Source of the DNA: an uncultured Elusimicrobia bacterium
GTDB lineage: Bacteria > Elusimicrobiota > Endomicrobiia > Endomicrobiales > CAIRNS01
Length of the DNA stretch: 64,000 nt
Reading direction: 5' to 3'
Assembly: GCA_903880015.1 (NCBI GenBank)
Contig: CAIRNS010000022.1
Span: 5,544-69,543, forward strand
Part shown: positions 37,401-45,170 of the stretch, piece after piece
Numbering within the stretch: the stretch's first letter is position 1
How the letters are laid out: every line of letters starts with the position of its first letter
The notes under the pieces: generated by a model
Seen by the model: only the letters and a program-made list of their open reading frames with translations
Told to the model about the DNA's origin: nothing
Databases searched by the model: none
Position numbers and translations under genes: made by a program

Positions 37401-39639
37401 CACGGGATTCAAAAGTGTTATCGTATGCAGTTACCTGCACTTCATCATCGATGTGTACAATAACCGGTGGCAGAAACGCCTTGCGGGCAATCAACCATCG
37501 ATACAAAGCGGCACCCTTGGTCAGGCCGCTGCGCGGCGGCGCGCTGACGACCCCGTCAAACAGCTCACGGTGGAGAATATAAACAGGGTCTTTTTCTGTC
37601 AATGCGGCATTGCCGGTAGTATTTATAACGATTATTGCTCCGCTTTCCTTGAGTGACTTGAGGCGAGAAATGAACGCGGCATTTTTTTCCAGAAGATTGA
37701 AAGCTGTCATGTCGATTGATATTACATATGGCGATTTATATGCCGTATCCATTAAGCTTGAAAGATCGAATAGAGTGTACAACGGCAATGGTGGCACGGG
37801 TTCCGATTCATGCACTGCCGCGCCGGCATAGGTAACTTCAATACCGGTTCCGCCCTCTTGATTGCTCAGACGAATGCTTGTCACGCTGTCGTGCAGTTTT
37901 TCCTGCACAGCTGTGAGAAACTCCTTAATGGCGCGATCCCGTTCGGGACCGGACGGGCTTGTCTGTTCAATAGCAGCAATCTGCTCGCGGATTGTTGATT
38001 CAAAAAGAGTATAGTTCCCTGCCGATAGCGCATGTGAAAGAGCGATCACAAATGCGGACTGTCCTGATGCACCCGCAATCGTACCGGTGAGCATTTTATC
38101 GTAAACATCTTCGCTGTTGCCGCCTGTTGTCACTGCGGGAGTAATGATGAGCGTGGATATGTTTTTGTTTTGCAGCGATGCAGCGATTGAAGAATGGAAA
38201 CCGCCGGTGACTACTATCGAAACGTCGGTAAAATCGGCGATGTGTCCAATCACCTCGACCGCCGGGCCAACGGCAACCGGGGACGCACTTGCCCGAGTAG
38301 GTGTAACGGCTTGCGCAATACTGTCAACAAATACGGCGTTGCGGTCAAGATTGACGCTGTAATAATCGTTTAACGTTTTCTCATTGAGCAATAGTGCCGC
38401 TTCCATTGCCACATTGTCACCGGCATATTTTGCAAGTAATACGCGATAACGATCTGCACCTGATTGAAACGATTCAAGTTCCTGCGGGGTTATCTTTAAA
38501 TTGGCAAGGTCCCGCAGAGAAAGAGTCATTCGTTCAAGAAACACTATTTCGCGGTCGCGCGGGCTTTGCGCTATGCGATCAATCAATCGGTCTGTATACA
38601 ACCGTGCTTCCTGATACAACTCTATAGGGTTAATTTCCTGGTTGAGACTGACGTACTGCAGGAGTGTCGCCAGATGCGGCCTGCGAAGCGCCAAAGCAGG
38701 CGTATAACGCCGGGCTGTTTCAGCAAGTTGCGCATAGAATACTTCGCCGCCCGAATTGCCGGCATTGAACCGTGAGTTATATTCTTCAAACGGAATGGTT
38801 TTTCTCAGTTCCTCAAGATATTGCTTCTGTTCAATCGCGGCACGGCGGTATGAAAGATGCTTTTTAAGTTGTGCTATCGTTATAGAACGATCAATGTTGG
38901 GATACCATCTGACATTTTCGTTCCATTTCTCGTCACGCTGGTTTATCATCCTGAACCAGCGCTTGCTTCCGGGCTCACCAAGGCGCCTTTCCAAACGCGC
39001 GACCTGTCGGGAAAGATATATTTTCTTCGCCGCGCTAACCGCCGCAGAGATGGCGTCAACCTGACGAAGATTATCCTCTTTATGCAGAGTAAGCGCTCGT
39101 GCCCGCTGGAAGTTCTGGCGATACAGATTCCAGTCCTCAAGACCGACTATTTTCTCTTCCCCGTTAAGCAACGCGTAATATTCCACTCCGGTCAGCACGC
39201 CCCGTTTCATCATGGTCGCGACAAAGGATTTCTTCGCTGCAGGATTGGGCATAATGCCTAATATACCCAAATCAAATTTCCCCGTAGGAGCGCCTTCAAC
39301 CATGATCCGCTGCACACCGCACTGACGGTCTATAGCGCTGATAATATCACAGATGTTCTTCTGGACGGTGGGATTGCAGTGTAGGTCCTGAATACAAACA
39401 ACCAAGGAACGACCGCCCGTATAGCTGCCGCCAGAGATTGTTCCCGCGTTAGCAGGAACGATTGAGAATGAAGCTTTCCGGACCACCGCGCGAATCTCTT
39501 GTGTTTCGTGTGCAAGATCAACAATAGCAAAGAGTGGCTGGAATAGAACGCCGGTATAAAGAAAAGCGATGGCTGTCGTAACAGCCGTCGCTTTATACCA
39601 TGAAGAACCTCTTGCCGTTGATGACGCACTATTAGTCAT
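31414..39639 (-). CDS. Giant 2741-aa membrane-anchored multidomain protein (kinase-like + CPBP/Abi-like + C-terminal deaminase-like motifs)
   Basis: An uninterrupted 8226-nt ORF with ATG at 39637-39639. N-terminal TM helix. Kinase-like motifs IIGAGGNGLVYEV...ALKV...ILMELVSG...IYDLS. CPBP motifs WEELAFN / FSASH / AHMVFD. C-terminal motifs VGAVLV...LHGEYFAV...LYVTMAPCNHCKGLI. Confidence 0.7.
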   Translation of the reverse strand: MTNSASSTARGSSWYKATAVTTAIAFLYTGVLFQPLFAIVDLAHETQEIRAVVRKASFSIVPANAGTISGGSYTGGRSLVVCIQDLHCNPTVQKNICDIISAIDRQCGVQRIMVEGAPTGKFDLGILGIMPNPAAKKSFVATMMKRGVLTGVEYYALLNGEEKIVGLEDWNLYRQNFQRARALTLHKEDNLRQVDAISAAVSAAKKIYLSRQVARLERRLGEPGSKRWFRMINQRDEKWNENVRWYPNIDRSITIAQLKKHLSYRRAAIEQKQYLEELRKTIPFEEYNSRFNAGNSGGEVFYAQLAETARRYTPALALRRPHLATLLQYVSLNQEINPIELYQEARLYTDRLIDRIAQSPRDREIVFLERMTLSLRDLANLKITPQELESFQSGADRYRVLLAKYAGDNVAMEAALLLNEKTLNDYYSVNLDRNAVFVDSIAQAVTPTRASASPVAVGPAVEVIGHIADFTDVSIVVTGGFHSSIAASLQNKNISTLIITPAVTTGGNSEDVYDKMLTGTIAGASGQSAFVIALSHALSAGNYTLFESTIREQIAAIEQTSPSGPERDRAIKEFLTAVQEKLHDSVTSIRLSNQEGGTGIEVTYAGAAVHESEPVPPLPLYTLFDLSSLMDTAYKSPYVISIDMTAFNLLEKNAAFISRLKSLKESGAIIVINTTGNAALTEKDPVYILHRELFDGVVSAPPRSGLTKGAALYRWLIARKAFLPPVIVHIDDEVQVTAYDNTFESRALPSVSTDDGAIADPGFGHGHADSFSIFNRYAVQSSVLNVTAEDRDQLLARFDLELALLSARAVLVPLKQEKLLNKWGQLSPEEQANLLKAIAQEHDPVYLDVLARRYFPSKEESDRFLYSFRRGFDHLFTSDEKGRKAALGLVIELLQQADVNRRNGIGIKNGLSSCCSTYIEEHKSSLKPMYLNYAVDSPNEIAQLFSAMLKKPLFPTVSEVAPDLKYIRIIGAGGNGLVYEVEDKGVRKALKVLQGLGNINGAGAILLRTKAKQKEAISKERTIMRELSGISGIIQVDPVDCDYGILMELVSGPDVANGAMTIPPAQFWEKLESAVVEISKRGYVIDDLQVMIDNKGDPFIYDLSLYEKKNPDAAAYANENIVAKFRGSVETRVRVRQEKAAATGKSGDVRPASIADPIMKRALGAHPWWYAVYTGIAAPVWEELAFNLPYTLALVTGNVPIILAAMLVRAIVFSASHVIVQWIAENKFREKSISEILVYVWQHKKSFLSAAVPSFALSVVFSLVSWSCFVFPMRIPLSFGNPAAAAQIGATVAHMVFDVPLVIGGFIRANFGINPAIANAPPDDQSSRLSSWDTWQGDMMEQNAFPQPVNFSVQEKKYAAAHQPSDNVIQALIKTETGKIMLANKLIQDSQRYAAPLADMNAFLARLRSDDPARQAHLVLFDPDSAFKKELTNRYHVRDVVIVDPYSKTIYIDAGFWESSVTNLVKNQPSSYTMALNVMALLCYAEQTLRAVESLENNSALRRPSLSEQPLSRTEESAIRRQVDASVMTWNGMALDAAVSSYLENMNLRQEGLWFVNAIRTRAPPIKRFIYGLFQYPGWRRIMATQNLLTSILDAYNRRAFDRLPIHELCLRLSAIAGNLNNGTAPHLTAPLMTDLEKTHMQLLAVAEAMKDCLYLRTIAGKNPLGHSGTARQIIMEDTSDIEDMGTIDIVSLSKLITNIEDILDGTYSVHDIEELRIRVNESVKALTVVDETLIESFDQSHQELHDIGLIINKAGKFSGDFRAAIAQKLHQESIDNAAADKFVEQFPGEYQTIREQLQKGNDVLIVVWAMGGGADVASGYRRWQELKSLESKVRREQRALNGSCGKIHVEILSSGEKRIGTADPVLNPEKYVNEQRPLYVKKNGRYEKIVPGVIQREDIGDAIVGPIHPATPTMQLTGAPKRLDEGFVVEGIQRQARLAVAASGNKFLKDYARAGGDSAHLESLTQQISNLKTLSTEMTMLEKNIALERVAVKHMHAVSPTTLGELQERYRIAQRGSLNLLQSLDTMIDEEAARARTQNAVNRQDILDNFSTMVSAGVIPYSMVTIDGTVEETAQALTAHIAAAGVQRKERTGGREQFVLFELYEHGGDAVAGMHARNRKQIVSPANEKFCMMVARRIVQESDPSRFQTFFTLSGLGNDFESHPLWMNEIFKFLLNNGIIKDILPPWAEGTIAGATIALAIAAQVESYANKRGLGQLSAKTWMNTLYRFGAFLDRNPWAGRALERVLKENVFGSRSIFAAIIGYVGVGPVTRRQDFHGGVAYSNSGELPKYTFSMPFELAAMGLDVREAGTFTRLGKRFLTDEQLHEHIGKLMLDAVEPSVTMETIEREYETFGIKTEKGSQDRSHLPAIIDPLPAAMWENRLRDAVAVELTKVSPALSTDEARMVVSELKFSLLGQSSHFLRDDQLMKFTAERVLSDRMNAWFARRSEDMSYRIDYATAEGTNAWMYRLLLGLFQLLRRATLVLTGIMREKITVAVSPQNLSEFISEGSSIFVNRVAEILVVKQGHMRQAIEEGLRGQDEHRGILTPHVGAVLVCEGLEGYGYNLAGNRLHGEYFAVIDLLRKIIDYRLASGAIGQAMMLDMHRTLNRVERISREFNNAENSIDVFGTADTLLLKVSRKLGYPLRRSQLYVTMAPCNHCKGLIEKLEIQGVNYGATVVNDQDTDGQHSRFQRIRLMGGILTLSVEPPSCNGIVLPYTFLAMIICNACIAITVHIHTPAI

Positions 39640-39676
39640 AAATTTTTATTCCATAGCATAATACTGCTCTTATAGA

Positions 39677-39706
39677 ATTATAAGTGGTAATACAGGTTTT
39701 TGTCAA
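39677..39706 (-). promoter_or_regulatory. Consensus sigma70-type promoter upstream of the giant gene
   Basis: Minus strand: TTGACA (39701-39706), N18, TATAAT (39677-39682). Both hexamers match consensus exactly. About 38 nt upstream of the ATG. Confidence 0.55.
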
Positions 39707-39868
39707 TTCTTATTTTATTTGCCTAATACCATCGTTTATCAAGGTCTGCCCTACCAGTAATATGATAGCAATACCGTGTGAATAATTTGAGGAATTCAAA
39801 GCAATATCCTGTGAAAAGCGATTGCGGGGGTCAAGGGGCTGTGAGCATGAATAATTGCTGCAGGGGAA

Positions 39869-40900
39869 TTAGATTTTCAAAGGGTGTTTTTTAAGATATG
39901 TTTCCGTATAAGCGAGGATTTGGTCCATCAGTCGAACGGTCTCAACGGGGTGTTTGCCTACGGCGGTCTCACCGGACAACATCACCATGTCCGTTCCGTC
40001 AAAAACAGCGTTTGAAACATCCGTTACCTCAGCCCGGGTGGGCAGAAGATGTTCAGTCATGCTTTCAAGCATCTGCGTTGCTGTTATAACGACTTTTTTT
40101 CTTTTGTTGCACAAATGTATCAGTTGTTTTTGGACTATGGGAATTTGGTATATGGGTATAGAAACGCCCATATCCCCTCGGGCAATCATGATACCGTCAG
40201 CAACAGAGAGTATCCTATCAGCATTTTCAATACCCTGACGATTCTCTATTTTTGCGATTATTCTGCAGGGCGGACGGCTGGAGGCAACCAGCGTACGGAT
40301 GGGGATGATGTCCGCCGGAGATCTGACAAAGGATTGGGCTATAAAATCAGCCCGAATATCAATGGCGAATGTGATGGCCGTGCGATCTTCACCTGAAAGC
40401 CCGTTGAATTTCAGATTCGCGCTGGGAATGTTGACCCCTTTGCGGGATTTGATGACGCCCGGGACGAGCACTTCCGTGACCAGATAATCCCGGAGGGACC
40501 TTTTCACGGACAAGGCAATAGTTCCATCGTCAATAAAGATGCGGTTACCGGGCTTAATATCACGCAGATTGCCCGCATAATCAAACAACACGCAGCCCGC
40601 TTTTTTTATCGAAGGATTGTTCGTCACATAGAGAGTTTTATTTTTTTTGACCGCACAATCGCCGTGAGGGAGCTCGCCGATACGCACACGGTTGCCTTCA
40701 AGATCTACCAATACTTTAATTTTGTGACTGCCGGATGCGTTAATTTTACGGATGAGACGCACGCGCCGGAGATGATCGGAAAGGGTGCCATGAGAAAAAT
40801 TCAGCCGCGCGACATCCATGCCTGCACGCGCCATTGCCCGCAGAGTCTTTTCATCGCTGCATGCCGGACCGATTGTGCAAATAATCGCTGTTCTTACCAT
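39869..40900 (-). CDS. pyk: Pyruvate kinase, short form lacking the C-terminal regulatory domain
   Basis: 343 aa. Motifs AIICTIGPA, ARLNFSHG, IAKIENRQG, MIARGDMG. The protein ends shortly after the A-domain. Confidence 0.88.
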   Translation of the reverse strand: MVRTAIICTIGPACSDEKTLRAMARAGMDVARLNFSHGTLSDHLRRVRLIRKINASGSHKIKVLVDLEGNRVRIGELPHGDCAVKKNKTLYVTNNPSIKKAGCVLFDYAGNLRDIKPGNRIFIDDGTIALSVKRSLRDYLVTEVLVPGVIKSRKGVNIPSANLKFNGLSGEDRTAITFAIDIRADFIAQSFVRSPADIIPIRTLVASSRPPCRIIAKIENRQGIENADRILSVADGIMIARGDMGVSIPIYQIPIVQKQLIHLCNKRKKVVITATQMLESMTEHLLPTRAEVTDVSNAVFDGTDMVMLSGETAVGKHPVETVRLMDQILAYTETYLKKHPLKI

Positions 40901-40935
40901 TGAAGATTCCTGAGGGACGGGAACTCCCCATGTGC

Positions 40936-41787
40936 TTAAACGAATTTCTGGAGAATTTTTTTTATGCTGTCAATCCGCGGCTGGGGAGTTTCGGGCGGCA
41001 TCGGGAATGACCGTTCGAATGTTTCTCTGATTTGTTTGTAAAATATGCCGAGAGCTATTGGCGATTCGGTATCATAATTCCACTCGCGCGCTTTCACAAC
41101 AGCGGCGTCACGGTTGCCGGCGTCGTGGTCCTTTAGTTCATAGACCTGTTTATTATAAACATCGTAGCGGTTAAAGAAGGTTGCGCACACCTGTAAAACA
41201 TCCACCAAAGCAAACCCCGGATGATTGACCGCATCAGTGATTATTTTCTTGAGTTCATCCATGCTGTTGGAATATCCACGGGCGACAAACGACGCACCGG
41301 CTGCCAAAGCGAGTTCCAAGGGATTAAAGGGCTGTTCATGCTGTCCGAAGGGAGTCGATCTTCCTTTATGTCCCTGCGGCGATGTGGGCGAGGACTGCCC
41401 CGTCGTCAATCCATACACGCGGTTATTATGAACAATCATGGTAATGTCACAGTTGCGTTTAGCGGCGAACAACAAATGCTCCAGTCCCTCTCCATAGGCG
41501 TCGCCGTCACCGGCAAATACAAGAACTTTGCAATCCGGCTTGGCAATCTTGATCGCAGTCGCAACAGGCACTGACCTGCCGTGCAGGCCGTAAAAACTGT
41601 TTATGTTGATATAATCGGCGATCTTGCCGTGACAACCGATTCCATCTACCATTATAATCTTTTCTAGCGGAACTCCACCGTCGACAATCGAACCAATCAC
41701 CGTTTTGACGGTATTGAGTATGGAAAAGTTACCGCATCCGGGACACCAGGTGTTTTTCGCGGAGGCGGATATTCGTTTTAAGTCCAT
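40936..41787 (-). CDS. korB: 2-oxoacid:ferredoxin oxidoreductase, beta (TPP-binding) subunit
   Basis: 283 aa. Motifs WCPGCGNFSIL and the TPP motif FAGDGDAYGEG...HNN. Confidence 0.9.
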   Translation of the reverse strand: MDLKRISASAKNTWCPGCGNFSILNTVKTVIGSIVDGGVPLEKIIMVDGIGCHGKIADYININSFYGLHGRSVPVATAIKIAKPDCKVLVFAGDGDAYGEGLEHLLFAAKRNCDITMIVHNNRVYGLTTGQSSPTSPQGHKGRSTPFGQHEQPFNPLELALAAGASFVARGYSNSMDELKKIITDAVNHPGFALVDVLQVCATFFNRYDVYNKQVYELKDHDAGNRDAAVVKAREWNYDTESPIALGIFYKQIRETFERSFPMPPETPQPRIDSIKKILQKFV

Positions 41788-41788
41788 A

Positions 41789-43471
41789 TTATTTCCCCTC
41801 CCGGCTTAGCATTGCAATTTTTTCCGTTAATTCATCGACAGTAAACGGCCTGCCGTCATATTTCAGAATTTTCTTATCAACCTTAAACCCATAGTGACCG
41901 ATAAGGTTTGCCAGCTGACCGGTGGCGTTATGTTCAACATCAATGAGCGTGTCGACGCCCTTGAGCGCAGCGCGGAATTGCTCTACAGGGAACGGAGCCA
42001 GCACCAGGGGCTGTATTACTTTGAGCCCGCGCTCAAGCGCCAATTCGACGCAAACGGCCTTATTGGAACCCCAGCAGAGAACAGCGACGGATGAATCTTT
42101 GTTGCCGTATACTTTGACCGCTTCATATTTCTCCACATCAGCGGACAGATATTTCTCTTTTTTAAATCGCTTGTCCATCATCGCAATGGTTGTTGCTGCA
42201 TCATCGACAGTAACACCGAATTCGTCATGTTCGTAACTGTTTATTTTAACCAGAGCGCCGGCATCGCCGGGGAACGCCATCGGCGAGACACCCGTCTCGG
42301 TATAGCGATACCGCCCATAGGGCGCGGTTCCATCCCAGATGACTGGATTTTCATCAATAGGTTGCTCGGCAATCGCAATATCCAAATTGTACAATCCTTC
42401 GCAAAGAGTCTTGTCAGACATTATAAAAGCAGGAATCTGATATTTCCAAGCCATTTTTAACGCCCATGCGGACCAGTAGTAGGCCTCTTCAGCGTCTCCG
42501 GGAGCTACGATAAGCCGGGGAAACTCACCCTGCCCTGAATGAAGCACAAAATGGAGTTCGGTTTGCGCCGTATAGCTCGGAAGTCCCGTGCTGGGCCCCG
42601 GGCGCTGTCCGACAACGACAACCACAGGCAATTCCGCCATGCCGGCCAAACTGACGCCTTCGGTCATCAAACAGAATCCTCCGCCTGATGTTCCCACTGC
42701 CGCCTTCTTGCCGGCGTAGGCAAACCCCAGCGCCATGAGCATAACGGCTATTTCGCTTTCCGCATGAACAACATCAAGCGATAATGCTTCCGCATGCTGG
42801 GCAAGAAAATGCAGAACACCCGAAGCGGGTGTCATAGGATAGGCGGCATAGGCCTCAAGTCCCGCTGAAGCAAGACCCAATCCGATAGCGTCATTACCGG
42901 TCACTAAAGGAAGTCTTTCAGTTGCTGCAAAAGCGTCTATTTTAAGGAATGTCGTGCATGCGTCATAACCCCGGCGGGCAACCTGCAAATTCATGTCGGT
43001 CTCTTTGGGAAAACTGTTCCTGAGCACGGGCTCCACAACATCCCACGAAATATCGGCTGCTTTGCAAAGTGCGCCGAGCATGCACGTATTGCGCATTATA
43101 ACCGGGGCAGCGAGTTCTTTGACGACGGCTGCCAGGGGAACCCCGCATCCGGGTAAATCAACTGATTTAATCGAATCCGGATCATAGAGTGCAAACCCGC
43201 TCTTCTTGACTTGCAGTTTATGCACATCAATCGTTTCCTGATTCATGGCAAGTAGAATATCAATGGCGTTGGAGTGCGCGGCAATCCGCTGGCGGGAGAG
43301 GCGGATAATTGAAATGGTGTGCCCTCCCCGGATAAGGGAAGGATAATCGCGATAAATATATGCATGATACCCGATGGCGGCGAACAGGCGTGCGATGACA
43401 ACGCCCGCTGCGTCAATCCCGTCACCGGCAGAACCACCGATTAGAACAGAAAACTCGTTCATAAACTTCAT
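41789..43471 (-). CDS. korA: 2-oxoacid:ferredoxin oxidoreductase, alpha subunit (gamma-alpha fusion type)
   Basis: 560 aa. N-terminal LIGGSAGDGIDAAG...SLIRGGH (gamma-like) followed by the pyrimidine-binding alpha domain. The stop lies 1 nt before the korB start. Confidence 0.88.
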   Translation of the reverse strand: MKFMNEFSVLIGGSAGDGIDAAGVVIARLFAAIGYHAYIYRDYPSLIRGGHTISIIRLSRQRIAAHSNAIDILLAMNQETIDVHKLQVKKSGFALYDPDSIKSVDLPGCGVPLAAVVKELAAPVIMRNTCMLGALCKAADISWDVVEPVLRNSFPKETDMNLQVARRGYDACTTFLKIDAFAATERLPLVTGNDAIGLGLASAGLEAYAAYPMTPASGVLHFLAQHAEALSLDVVHAESEIAVMLMALGFAYAGKKAAVGTSGGGFCLMTEGVSLAGMAELPVVVVVGQRPGPSTGLPSYTAQTELHFVLHSGQGEFPRLIVAPGDAEEAYYWSAWALKMAWKYQIPAFIMSDKTLCEGLYNLDIAIAEQPIDENPVIWDGTAPYGRYRYTETGVSPMAFPGDAGALVKINSYEHDEFGVTVDDAATTIAMMDKRFKKEKYLSADVEKYEAVKVYGNKDSSVAVLCWGSNKAVCVELALERGLKVIQPLVLAPFPVEQFRAALKGVDTLIDVEHNATGQLANLIGHYGFKVDKKILKYDGRPFTVDELTEKIAMLSREGK

Positions 43472-43510
43472 CCCCTTTTTTCGCGGCCGGGTCCATCCGA
43501 TACACAGTGA

Positions 43511-44002
43511 TTAGATATGTTTAAAAAGACCGATAACAAATCCCGCAGCCGACCAGATACCGATAGTCCATATAAAGCAGCCGATAATACTGCCGATACC
43601 TATGAAAATGTAGCTTTTTGCTTTATGTAGTTTCAAGACATGCGCGGTAAAAACGGCAGCAAACATCCCGCCAAAATAAATCGGAAGAAGCGATAATAAC
43701 CCAATCCCGAGATATATCCAGTTATGATGAAAGCGAGTGAGAAGTTCGGGCTTTTTGTAGTCGGTAAACAATTTATTGTTTATAGTCCAGCCAAACCGTA
43801 GTCCCATTCTTGTTTTATTGAGAACATTGTAATAGAGGATCATTTGGGCGAGATCGATTACTACCGCGATAGCGAACGCAAAATATTTACCCAGCCCGGC
43901 AAACAGCGAAATGGGGATATTAACCAGGTGATTGAAAATAAAAGTCATGAGCCGTACGCCGATAAGCTGAATAAAGGTGTCAAGAAAAATCAGCATGCTC
44001 AT
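43511..44002 (-). CDS. Small integral membrane protein (about 4 TM), function unknown
   Basis: 163 aa, strongly hydrophobic. A TTGTATAAT box lies at 44088-44096 upstream. It is 39 nt upstream of korA. Confidence 0.45.
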   Translation of the reverse strand: MSMLIFLDTFIQLIGVRLMTFIFNHLVNIPISLFAGLGKYFAFAIAVVIDLAQMILYYNVLNKTRMGLRFGWTINNKLFTDYKKPELLTRFHHNWIYLGIGLLSLLPIYFGGMFAAVFTAHVLKLHKAKSYIFIGIGSIIGCFIWTIGIWSAAGFVIGLFKHI

Positions 44003-44204
44003 CGTAGTATCCCGTCAGTTGACATAGAAGGTACGTTTCCTTAATAAACAAATAATATTGCCAAACAGTATGGACGCTGACATAACTATTATACAATTTA
44101 TTTTACCAGGGAACAAAAAATAAAATCAAAAAATCAACCATTTTTCCGTTGAATCTACGTGCATTCGGGAGGGACAACGAAATAATGGAGAGTTTTGATA
44201 ATCC

Positions 44205-45155
44205 TTATCGGGGTGCTGCCGGTGAAACCGATGAATCGCTGACCTGAAAAGAATGTTGCAGTGAATTCTGTGGGCCAAATTCCGTGCGGGTAATGGCCCG
44301 GCCTTTGTAATAGGCGGTTATCAACAAAACATTTCCTTGCGGCGAATACAACGTATTGTCACCGTCGAGATTGCCCTCAGTATATGCAGCTGTTTCTTTG
44401 AGTGTGCCGGAATCATAATACTTTCTCGAAGTGCCGTTTAGCGTTCCCAGAAGATAGGTGCTTTCTTCTTTTAAAATACCATTTTCGTAAAAATACTGCG
44501 CCAGCCCATCGCGTTTTGCTCCGTGGTACTGTATCTGGCTCTTCACCACGCCGTTGTCATAATAGTCATGACTTAATCCTTCAGCGGCATACCCCTGATA
44601 ACTGTCATCGCTTTTAAGCATTCCCGAAGAGTAATATTGAAAACCTCGGGAAAGATTGGCCGGAACACCGGTGGAATAAACTGATTCAAAAAGTATTTTA
44701 CCGCTTTTATCGACAACCGTGCAAGAATCTATCAGTTTCCCCTCATGATAATTTCTTGTTTCCCACAGCTCCCCGCTCCGGTAATACGATGTAAACGGAC
44801 CGTCCTTGATTCCGTCCTTGTAATGAGTCAGCGATTTCAAACGCCCGTTATCATAATACATCCTGCTTTCTCCGTTCAATGTATTGTTGAGGTAAGAGGC
44901 ATCTGTGATGACGCGATTGTTCTCTCCATATTCCCGTACGGTACCGTCGGGGATTGAGCCCTTGAGACGGGTTCCATTCCACCGTTTGGAATATGTCTGG
45001 CGGGCGATTTCATCGGAACCCCGATAATACACCGTAATGATGTGCCTGTTTTTGATGGTTGTTTTGCGGATGGTTTCTGTGGCATGTTCGATACTGCGGG
45101 AGTGCGCAGCAAACAATACAACAACGGCAGAAATGAGCAGGAGATTACTCCGCAT
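44205..45155 (-). CDS. Secreted MORN-variant (YwqK-like) repeat protein
   Basis: 316 aa. Signal peptide plus about 8 repeats of the form YYxNGxLKxxxxYxxGxxxG. Confidence 0.75.
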   Translation of the reverse strand: MRSNLLLISAVVVLFAAHSRSIEHATETIRKTTIKNRHIITVYYRGSDEIARQTYSKRWNGTRLKGSIPDGTVREYGENNRVITDASYLNNTLNGESRMYYDNGRLKSLTHYKDGIKDGPFTSYYRSGELWETRNYHEGKLIDSCTVVDKSGKILFESVYSTGVPANLSRGFQYYSSGMLKSDDSYQGYAAEGLSHDYYDNGVVKSQIQYHGAKRDGLAQYFYENGILKEESTYLLGTLNGTSRKYYDSGTLKETAAYTEGNLDGDNTLYSPQGNVLLITAYYKGRAITRTEFGPQNSLQHSFQVSDSSVSPAAPR

Positions 45156-45170
45156 GACCGTAACTCCCGG

